Shown: positions 50,571-61,500 of the stretch, in pieces
How the letters are laid out: each line of letters opens with the position of its first letter
Position numbering within the stretch: position 1 is the stretch's first letter
Source of the DNA: Lama glama
Taxonomy: Eukaryota
Direction: 5' to 3'
Length of the DNA: 64,000 nt
NCBI GenBank assembly: GCA_028534125.1
Contig: CM052832.1
Span: 21,888,001 to 21,952,000, forward strand
The notes under the pieces: generated by a model
What the model was told of the DNA's origin: nothing
Seen by the model: the letters and a program-made list of their open reading frames with translations, nothing else
Database searches by the model: none
Program-made: the position numbers and the translations under genes

Positions 50571-52635
50571 AGACAACAACTCTACGGTCAATGAATAACT
50601 CCATAAAACCTGACAACATAAATTTGGGCTTTATACTTAGAATTTCATTGAAATAAGGGAAAAAACACCTAATAAAACAATTGTCAAAGTATTTTTGTGG
50701 AATATTCTTTTCCTGAAATTTAATCTCCACTGATGTCAATCAGGAGGCCCTCCACTTTCCTAAAGAACTGAGAGGCAAGTGACAAATAATTTTCTAATCA
50801 AAGAATAAGTATTATAGGATCCTGGAATGTTCCATGAGAATACCCGCCAAAGGACACTTGAGAAACAATAATTATTAATTATAAAATTAAAGAAACAAAA
50901 ACTCTACTTAAGCCTTTCAATTTCATTGGCTTTCTTTTCAGTAAGAGTATCAATTACACCTAAAATCAAATAGGAAGCAATGTGAAACTATTTCAGCTTG
51001 AAGAGTGTGTGTGTGTTTGTGTGTGAGAGAGACACTAAGCACAAAGGAGAAAGCAGAAGTGAACCCGTCACTGAAGTAAAAGCCAACACAAATATGCAAG
51101 ATATTATGACAGACATAACTTAACAGCTCTGATCAATGCTATTTATCTACACTGAACATTTGTAACATGTGAATCTGACAACAAAAGCTGAAGCGAGTAC
51201 CTCAGTGTAGGAGAGGAGATGTTCATGATACAAAAAGACTGCCAATAATTTCACACAGGGCTACAACGAATGAAAAAATAACAAGCTACCTTCCTCTTAT
51301 AGTGAGAGTTTTCATATTACTCCCTGGACCAAGGCTGATTCATGTAATGCCATAAAAGAAAATCCCACCTTGTAAAATTTCAGATTTGTCATTTCAAAAC
51401 TTAACTGAATAATGCTATAAAACAAAAATGGGTAGTAGCTAAACTAGACTCAAATCATCTTGATCAATTTGAGCTTTCTAGTCTAGACAAGGAAAAACAA
51501 CTGCTTGTTTTTAGGACTATTATATTTACAACAGAAGCAGCAATAAAACGTAAAACAGATGAAAATATTTTAAAAGGAGATCTCTTTCTATCTCAAACAA
51601 ATTATCTTAGTAGAGAAGCACAGTTTGAAAACAATAAACAAGGTTCAAAGCCTAATTTTACTAATTTTTGCCTCTAAACTTCTGAAAGACTGCCAAAGAG
51701 ACCTAAGCAAAAGGGGAAAAAATGTTTTAATAAAAAAAAAAAAACCACCTCTAAGCCACTGAAAGTAGGAGTGCTAGAGGGAAAAACTGAAATAGAAAGA
51801 AAACTTCAAAGAGATTCTATAATCGAAGATGCCCGACTCTTGACTGCTTCATCTCAGAGATTAAAGAAGATTTTTAAAGCTAGCTCCATGGACATAGAGA
51901 TCAAACATTAATAAATGTTTATAATTTTACCAGTCCTAAATTCAAAGGTGGGCTCAAAGAAATAAGAGAAATACAGGCAGCTAGGAGGGCAGATGAGTTT
52001 TCCTGGGTGAGGGGTGGATGTGGAAGGTGTCTGTGAAGAATACGGGTTGTAGCAAGGAAAGAGTACTTCTGAAAAGTTAATTCATCAACCCAAACACCTA
52101 AATGAACCACAACACGCTTTGAAAAGGGTTCTAAGATGTGGCCTCAATTTACTTCTACTCAATTTAAAAAGCACTAAATTCATCAAGTATTCACATAATC
52201 TCTATCCTACAGTCAGTTCAAGATTATCATATAAACCTAGCTTCTCTTACAATGGCAATGTCAACAATTCAGATCTGTAGTTTCTGAAAGTTTGCAGACA
52301 ACTGATGAATTTTCTTGCCCCAGTTAGCTTTCTATAGAACTCAATCCCGTAATGAGAAAAAGAGGAGGGAGGTGGGGAAAAAAAAATTGATCCCTATCAA
52401 CAACAGCTTGGATCAAATTAACTACTAGGAGAAATGATCACTGCAGGCGCTAATGGCATCAAATACACGTTTCTCTTATTATATTTTTATATATCAATCT
52501 CTTAATTATTAAACAATTAACATACCATTTAAAATGCCAATAGAAAAAGCTGAAATTGAACTTTTCACTACTTTACTCGGTTTCCCAGTGGATGCTACTA
52601 TATTATATCCAATGAGGTCCCTGAAGGAAGTGAAC

Positions 52636-52721
52636 TTTTTTTTTAATGGAGGTACCGAGGACTGAACCCCAGACCTCGTGCATGCTAAACACACGCTCTA
52701 CCACTGAGCTACACCCTCCCC
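52636..52721 (-). mobile_element. tRNA-derived camelid SINE (vic-1-like)
   Basis: Reverse complement ggggagggtgtagctcagtggtagagcgtgtgtttagcatgcacgaggtctggggttcagtcctcggtacctccatt plus poly-A. Confidence 0.88.
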
Positions 52722-52910
52722 TGCCACCCCCTAGAACATCTTACTGATCTTTGTATCACCAGGGCCCAGCATAGTGCCCACCACATAACAGAACTTGTGT
52801 ACTCACTTGTGTTGCCTACATGTCAGCATTATGTAAAACAAGGCAAAACAGAAATATAAATTAAGTCACGTAATTCTACTATCTCTTCTAAAACAAGGCA
52901 AATTTCAGCA

Positions 52911-53006
52911 GGGGAGGGTACAGCTCAGTGGTTGAGTGAGTGCTTAGCAGGTCTGAGGTCCTGGGTTCAATCCCAAGTACCTCCATTAAAAATAAGTAAG
53001 TAAAAA
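52911..53006 (+). mobile_element. tRNA-derived camelid SINE (vic-1-like)
   Basis: ggggagggtacagctcagtggttgagtgagtgcttagcaggtctgaggtcctgggttcaatcccaagtacctcc. Imperfect TSD taaaacaaggcaaatttc (52889-52906) and taaaacaagacagatttc (53007-53024). Confidence 0.88.
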
Positions 53007-53179
53007 TAAAACAAGACAGATTTCTATTCATTCTTTAAGGCCTAGTTCAAATGTCACTGTTCTATGAAGATAGTCCCAGTCCTGGGGCTGAAGTCATTAC
53101 TAATTCCTCTATAACTATAAGAGGGCTTCATTCACATGCCAACAAGAGTGTATCATCTGGACTATAACTACTTGTTCAT

Positions 53180-54900
53180 TAATTAAACATTTACTGAGTG
53201 CCAACAACTGTTCTAGACTGGGGCTCCAACAGTATCAGGACATGAGGCTCCCTGCTCTCACAGAACCTACATTCTGGTGGGGAAGACACCACAAACAAAT
53301 AAATCTATTAGGTGGTGAGCACTACCCAAAGAAAATCAAGAAGGTTAGAGGTAGAGAGTGAGGGAAGGATGCTATTTTGTCCGGGTTGATCATGGAAAGA
53401 CTCCCTAAGGTAACATTCATTGGACCAAAACCTGAAAAAAGGGCAGAGAACAAGTGGATGCCTGCAGGAAGAACATGCGAGGCAGAGGGAAGAGCAAGTA
53501 TAAGCACATGACTTGGTACGTTCAAAGCACAGGAAAAAAAAAATTAGGGTGACAGTGATAGGAGATGAAGTCAGAGAAAGAAATTAAAGGGATTCAGTTC
53601 ACCTAACACCTCGCAAGTCATGATAAAACTTTGGCTTTCACTCACGTGGCTATTTACATTTAAATTAATTAAAATTAAGTAAAATTTAAAATTCAGTTTT
53701 TCAGTTGCCCTAACCAGATTTCAAGTGCTTAACAGCATATGGCCAATGGCTACCATATACAACAGTGTAAAACAGAACATTTTCATCATTGCAGAAAGTT
53801 TACTGGACAGCACTGTGAAATCTGAGCCGAAGACTGGATAATATGATATTCAAACAATCTCTGATTGCTGTGTGGAAAACAGATTGTGTGTTAGGGTTGG
53901 GGAGTGGGGGTGGGCAAGGAGATAAATCAGGCAACTATATAACCAGGCAAAAAGATGATGCTGACTTAGAGCAAGGTGGCAGCCTGGGTGGGGGTGATAA
54001 AACTGGCAGGGCTCTGGATGTGTTAAAGGCAGAGCCACCAGGATAGATTCAGTGTGGCTGTGAAAAGAAGAGTAATTATCCTTTATTCCAAGAATTTTGG
54101 CCCAAGCAACTGAAAGGGTGTAGGTAGACTCCTTTTAGTGAAATAGGAAGACTACGAAGGAGCAGATTTGTGGGGGAGACTAAGAATTTTAGACCCATTA
54201 AACAGACATGCCTACTCAACATCCAAATTCAAATGATACAATAAGCACAGAGTCCAAGGTTCAAAGGAGAGATTAGATTTGGAAATCTGTGTTTGGGAAG
54301 CATCAGCATATAGAGAGTACTGAAAAGCTGCGATGCTCCAAAAAATTCCAAATGAGTACAGGTGGGAAGAAAGCAAAGCCCAAGAGTGCCTTGAGGAAAC
54401 GCCGACATTCAGGCATCGTAATAACGAGGAGGCATTAGCAAAGATGACTGAAGGAGCAGCCGGCGAAATGGGAAGAGAACTTGTAAGCAAGTGGGGGTGG
54501 TGTCCGGGAAGCCCAGTGAGTATATTTCAAGAAGGAAAGAGTGATCAGCTATGTCAAATGATAACAGATAAAGACTATAAGGACTAAGAAGTGACAAGTG
54601 CCCTTGACCCTACGATGGTCACTGATGAACTTGATAAGAGCACCTTCAGCAACGGTCCTTCAGCAGCGTTTGAGTAAGTTGGAGACAGAAGGGAAAGCAG
54701 CAGGTATAAACAACTGCTTACAAGGAGCTGGGCTATGTACGAAAGTAAAGAAATGGAACAGTTGGGGAGAAACATGGTATCAAGGAAAGAGATTATTTCA
54801 GGAGGGCATATATCACAGCATGTTTGATGATGGGAAGGATCCAGCCAAGAGGAAAAACAATCCAGCAGAGGAAGGAGAAAATTGTAGGAGCAATGTCCCC
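53180..54900 (-). mobile_element. L2 fragment interrupted by a MER3-like element
   Basis: aaacatttactgagtgccaacaactgttctagactggggc start, then a long purine-rich L2-antisense body. Confidence 0.7.
53641..53815. mobile_element. MER3/MER33-like hAT-Charlie DNA transposon
   Basis: cacgtggctatttacatttaaattaattaaaatt...atttcaagtgcttaacagcatatggccaatggctacc...catcattgcagaaagtttactggacagcactg. Confidence 0.75.
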
Positions 54901-57900
54901 GAGCAGATGAGGGGTAAGTGCAGTGACAGCACTGGCCTCAGACGGGCATGTGGACCACTCAAGTGCGGTGGAGGGACCACAGGGTGTGCAGGTGAAGCAA
55001 ATTCATGCAGGCAGGGAGATTTGGTTTTCAGGACGTGTGGATGGTCTCTTCCTATGGTTCCAAATAGTTATGTGCCTCATTAGACAGCTTTTCAGAGGGG
55101 TGGGCAGTGTTTTCGTCATCTTCTTATTCCTAGCAGTAGCAAGCTGGCACACGTTAAATTATTTAAGAGTGCTACTGAACAATTACATTCTTAGAACAAT
55201 CTAACTACCCAGGGACCTGAGCTTAAGCCTTGACTTTGGTAAGACTTACCAGTCCATCCTGTACACTTAACATCACACAGAAGGAAAGGGGTCAGAGTTA
55301 TCGCCAAGCACAGCTCACCACCCATCCCCTCCCCGCAAGGTACCACTGCTCTAGGATGGGGGTGGGGAGGGGGGGCAGAAGGGTTGAATGCTTTTCCAGC
55401 CTGCATGTGTAGACAGTGCCTCCTGCCTGTTGGGATTAAAATCCCCAAATGGTGACTATCCATTTTTATTCTGACTCCCTCAGAACAGACCAACTGGTTC
55501 TACTTTCTTAGAATATAACTGAGTTCCTTTGCCTTTAAGCACATTATCAAGTGCCTTCCTGACTGCGATAAAAACCAACTCCTGTGTGGTCTTTCCCCTC
55601 CCTCCGAGCCCCTCAGACTCACAGACCCCACAGACCCCTATTTACAAAAAAGCCTTTAGGAGTTATACAAATTTTTAAGATAAGAATGAGATTAGAAGCT
55701 GACTATATAAAATGTAATTCAATTTCCTGAGCCTCTTTAAGAGTAAAGGTACTGAAAACAAATCAAAAGTGAAATATGGGTAGTAAGATTTAAAAAAAAA
55801 AAAAGAAACCAGTAGAACGTTGCCAATGTTACTGATGTTCATTAAAGGGGCAAAGTCATATTCTCTCTGATCTGGAATACATCTAAGCTGTTTGCTATAC
55901 TTACTTTCCTATAAGTAGTATTTTTAATAAAATAAATTGAGGCTTAATCTGTTAAAACCTGACAGAGATATCTAAAAAAAAAAAAAAAAACCCTCAATCT
56001 CTCAAACCTTTTGTGAGTAGCTCAGATTGTCAAGATTGATTCTCTGCAACAAGCATGCTGAAACTCATTGAAGAGAGGGAGCTTTTACTAACAAAAGTGT
56101 CTGATTAGATAAGATAATACAACACATCTATTATATCTATTGTAACAATACCATTCACACCACTATGGCTAAGACTTAGCATTTCCATTATAAAAACCTG
56201 TTTTTCAACTCTGCCACCTGCCATCCATTAAAAAAATAATTGTTCTCCCATAAGCATCCAAGTGTTGATCCTGGAAACATTCTACCACTGCTCCCACTAA
56301 ATGTTTTTGTTCTTTAGATTATCATGGAAATAGTTTAAGAGTGTATTTTGCCTTTCCACATTGCACAATCTGATTTCAAATATTAAAGTTCCAACGTGCA
56401 AGAAAGCATCACAGGAACACTCATTCCAGAAATACATCAACATGTAATGGGGGTCAAGTTGATAGAATCTTAGCCAACAGAACACTACTCTAACACCCAA
56501 AATAAGAATTACAGATATTTACACTACTGAAGATGTCAACAGTGATAAACGTTTTTCATCTGACTAAAGGGGGAAAAAATCTAACAAGGTAATATGAAAT
56601 AGAGAAATATAAAAATGAAAAACCAGGTAAAAAGAACTAAATTCATGGCAAGGAAAAGCAGTTTGCAATGGTGACAGTACAGCAAGAAAAAACTGGGCAA
56701 AAATACAACCTATCTACTCTCTCCAACAGGTGTCAGCTAGCTACTAAAAATAATGCCCAAATGTAAGGCACAATTTTTTCTCCCCCAAAAAAATATCTCT
56801 CAGAAAAGAGAGAATTGTTCTATATTTCTAATAAAGTCCATGTAAAGCCTTTATTACTGCCATGAGTTCTAACTCTCTCCAGCCCTTTATTTTGACTTAC
56901 AGTATCACTTGAAGAAGACATTACCCTGAGCAACAGGAAGCCTAGACAAGTCACCTGAATCAATCACCTGAATCAGTCAAAACAGCTGCAGTGAGATTTA
57001 AGCCTGATTTAACTCCTAGGGATATAACCTGAGACTGGCAAGTATTGGATTTCATTGCAAATAAGTCTTTCAAAGACCAGCTTTTAAAAAGCATTATAAT
57101 AAGTGGTTACACTTTAGAGATCAACATATATGCTTCTACAGGAGGAAAGACAAAACCAACTCTCTTTTAATTACAAGAACAGGCACCAGGGGGAAATTTC
57201 CAGGGACCACATCACAGACAGATTCAAAGTATGATGGATTTCAAACAAGTCAAATGGAAGTTAAGTCTTGAAAACTAAGTCAGACAACTCAAAAAGTGAT
57301 TGAAGGAGGGGGAAAAAACCTTATGTTCAAGATGCCCTTGAAGAGTTCAAATAAAAACTGGCTTTTCATGAAAAGCCAGGATAGAAAAGCAACATTTCAA
57401 AATTATTTTATATAATGCAATTTTAAATATGTATGTATAACTAACTAAATATAAGGATATGTGACAACTTCATCTTCATTCCTAAAGCTTATATATTCCA
57501 GGTCCACAAAACACTTTAATCTACTCATTGGGAAAACAGGGGCATCACCTTACGTTAGAATCATTCATAACTGCCACCTGTGGTAACTGAAAAAATTAAA
57601 GGACCAAATCTTTTCATTTTTAAAATTATTCTCCTCAGCACATAACATTGTCTCTCACAGATACGTTGAATAGTTAAGCAACATGTTAAAATTCACTTCA
57701 TAAACGAAAAGATCTATATAAAAAATGTCTTGTGAAAGAAACAGAGTATTTTATGGGTTAGATACATGAAGAAAGTCCTTCCCCAAGAAGTACTTCTAAA
57801 TTTGCTACTTATCTCTTTTTGAAAATATATTTATGGATATATCTGTATGCACATGTTTTCAAAAAAAAGGGGTTGGGGGAGCTGGGCTTTCCAAATCCAG

Positions 57901-59944
57901 GGTCTTCAAGACAACTTTGTTGTATTTTTCCAAAAAGATTCAGTATTACTTTTCTGAAAACCATGCTTAATCCTTAACATGAAGTTAATATATGTACAGT
58001 GTTCAAAATAACACCTAGCACACAGTAAAAGCTAAGTACGTTTTAGGTATTACCATGAATTGCTAAACCGAAACTGAGTGTTAAAGAGTGTGACATTATT
58101 TACCGACTTGTACTTTATTGCAAGAGGCAAAACCTGCAATTTCATGATATTTAGTATAAATCCTAGCTATGTAAAATCCAGGAGCCTACACCTGAACAAT
58201 GACTACAGGCACTTCGTACTGGCTGTAAATCTCCCACCACTCACCTCTGAAGGCTGCTAGGGCCGCCGTCATTACTGTCACCCTACGTGGATTGCTTTAA
58301 TACCTACATTTCATGAGGAGCAGCATTAAAAATGAGGGTTAATGAAACTTGTGATAAATTAAGAATTTAGTATCATGCACAGAATTTTTCCTCAAATTTT
58401 TCCCTCAGCTCTTACAAGAGGAAGTATATCTGGGTTGCCCAAAACATTAGCTTAGCACCTTTAAAGTCTTCGTAAAAGGATGAATGTTTTATAAGAATGG
58501 AGGACAGGGCTCCATCTCTGACTCCCCCAGAACACGGAGCTCAGGATCTTTTACATAGTTAAGCATACACTGAACAGGCCCATGAAAATGAAACCTTATG
58601 AAATTCAAAGGATTGTAAGACTTCTTACTAAATGAAATATAGGCAGCATATCTTACGGGTTAGTATATGGGAAAAAGCCAACACTCCTTGACAAAAGAAC
58701 TGCATGTTTAAAGCAGTCTCCACCAGAGAGGGGTCTATGGTATCTTAGTTAAAATACAGGCATGAGATAACCTTTTTTTTTTTTTAATACAGTACAGTAA
58801 AACAGAAGTCTGACTTTATGGAAGTCTGCCTTTGAAAAGTAAGTGTGGATTGTAACAGCCTCATTCCAGGCATTCACAAGATCCAACGTTCCAATGGCAG
58901 AAAGCAAGGAGATGTGCCACTGCCTCAAGAGGTGACTAAGGCCCTGGAGGCCAAGCTGAAAAACACCTGGGCTTCCCTTGGGAAATTAATAATATACTTT
59001 CAGATCGAAAAAAAGTAAGAGGTAGAAAAAGTATCAGTGAAGTCAACCTGACCATGAGCCTAGGGGAGAGGCACTGGGCTAGGGCACAGTCACAGAAAGG
59101 GAAAATACTACCCAGCATGCTTGACCCCCAGCTAGGACAGGGGACAGCCAGCAGTAGCCGGTGTTGAACCCGGAGAGGGGAGGCAGACGATAAAAAAGTA
59201 AAGGAACATCATCTTTAAAGGCCATACAGGAGTAATAACTAAGCACTCCATAAGTGACAAGGGGGCAGAAATAATACTGAAGGCCTAAGACCAGGGCAGA
59301 AACTTGCGCCTGCCTGGACCGGGAGTGGCAAAAACAGTGCCTCCTTGACATGGTAAATGGGATGCATTCGGAGACCCTCCCAAATTCAGGAGTCTCACAG
59401 GTGGGAACCTCTGCTAGGTTCACTCACTAACCCAACAGCTAGATTTTGGACTCCAGCCTTTGACAACTAATTCCTACAACTCTATGAAACTGACGGTATC
59501 CATATAACAAATGACCAAATGTCATGGACTTTCTGGGTGCATGAAAATAATGGAAACCCCAAATGCTGAAGTCACAGATGTCAAGGATCTGGTGCAGACA
59601 TGTCCAACCTTTCTGAGCACAAGGCCCCCACATGCTGATAGACTTTCAACTGCCAGTGATTAAGCACACACACACATCCATTCAGAGGCCTTCCCTGCAA
59701 CCAGTCTGGAGAGTCTGTCAGCCCCAGGGGCTACAGACAACTAGGTGAGAAGCATCAACCCTCCGTACGTACAGGCTTGAATAAGCACTGCTGTGTGAAT
59801 TATACAGGTCTTAAAATTAAGTTCCAACCACTACATCTGCTTGGATATTGTCAATGCTTACTAACCCCAATACTCACCCAGAATCACCACCAGGATCAAG
59901 GAAAAGTAAGGAGTGTGGCTGGGTATGGGGACTGTAACACACAG

Positions 59945-60180
59945 GGGAGTGGTTAGAAGAAGCATGGGTTCTGAAATCAGCCTGCCTGGGTGAGAATCCC
60001 AGCTCCATCCTGATAACTTATGTGACTTCGGTCCAGTCTTTTAACCTCTCAGTGCTTTGGCGAACTTGTGGGCAAAACAGGAATTAAAAAGGAAAAATTC
60101 CCACTTTGCAGATTCGTGAGAATACATATAGCAGTGAGGACAGTGTCTGGCACATAGCGGGTCTTTTGTAAGTGTAAGCA
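59945..60180 (+). mobile_element. MIR SINE
   Basis: gtggttagaagaagcatgggttctgaaatcagcctgcctgggtgagaatcccagctcc...acagtgtctggcacatag. Confidence 0.75.
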
Positions 60181-60754
60181 GTACAAAACTTACACATAAA
60201 AACTCAAAGCTGGACTGATACAATTCTGAACAGAAAGGAGGGCATCATATTAGAAGCATCTTTGAAAGTCTTAAGACAACAATGTTACATATACACAAAG
60301 GTTATTTCTTTGCAGCCAATATAAGGGGAATCAAAACTGAGCAACTGCACTGCTTCCTTCCCTACCCAACACTACTTTTCCACTGCCTTTTCCCTCTTGG
60401 TTCTTATTTTAGCTCATCAATACCTGCCATAAACAGTGCTGGGTCCTGAGGAGAACAATAAGAATTTTACAACACAAGACAGTTTCTTTTGGCAAACACT
60501 GAGCCCCTCACTGGCTGTCAAAACTTTCACCAAACATGCCTGCCACCGAGAACTAAATAAACACATCACCACAGAACATAACTAAGTACATTAATGCATG
60601 CAAAGCACTTAGCATGGGGGCTGCTGCCCCATGAATGTGAGCTGTTGTCACTGATTCTATTAACAATACTCCTAAAAATGTGTTACTCAACCTCTCAGCT
60701 TTAAGGTAACAATGAATTTTGCTTGGTGGTTAGTGTACACATTTTGTTGTCAGA

Positions 60755-61500
60755 AGCAAATGGAATTTATACAAGCAACAATATGGATGAATCTCAGAAA
60801 CATCATTTTGAGTAAAAGAAGCCAGACACAAGAGGGTACCTACCATATGATTTTGTTCATAGGACTCCCAAGAACAAGCAGGGACAGTATCAGAAATTGG
60901 CTCCTACAGAGGGGGAGAGACAGGGAGGGCTGACTGGAAAGAAGCACAGCAAAATTTTCTGGGATGATAGAAATATTCTCCATCTTCTTACTATACATAG
61001 AAAACCCTAAAAGATCCACACAAAAACTACTAGAGCTGATCGAAGAATTCAGCAAGGTAGTAGGTTACAAGATTAACGTTCAAAAATCTGTTGCATTTCT
61101 TTACACTAATGATGAATCAACAGAAAAAGAAAGAAAAGATCAATCCCCTTTAAAATAGCACCCAAAGTAATAAAATACCTAGGAATAAATCTAACCAAGG
61201 AGGTGAAAGAATTATACACAGAAAACTATAAACCATTGATGAAGGAAATTAGAGAAGACTTTAAAAAAATGGAAAGATATCCCATGCTCCTGGATTGGAA
61301 GAATCAATATTGTTAAAATGGTCACACTGCCTAAGGCAATCTACAGATTTAATGCAATCCCTATCAAATTACCCAGGACAGAGAAATATTCTCCATCCTC
61401 TTTGGGTAGTGGTACATGGGTGTAAAAAACAGGAAAACATTCACTGAACATTTAGAAACTGTACACTTTACTGGGAATAAATTACACCTGAAGTTTTAAT
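60755..61500 (+). mobile_element. Ancient L1 3' UTR fragment (host of a younger insertion)
   Basis: gcaacaatatggatgaatctcagaaacatcattttgagtaaaagaagccagacac...ttctgggatgatagaaatattctcc. Confidence 0.75.
60985..61381 (+). mobile_element. Young internal L1 ORF2 fragment with TSD and no poly-A
   Basis: Encodes [40 protein letters not shown]... and ends ...[15 protein letters not shown]. Perfect 16-bp direct repeat agaaatattctccatc at 60969-60984 and 61382-61397. Confidence 0.9.

Noticed and set aside
54212..55083. Several overlapping 60-160 aa ORFs
   Set aside because: They lie largely within a degenerate L2 element and show no recognisable domain.
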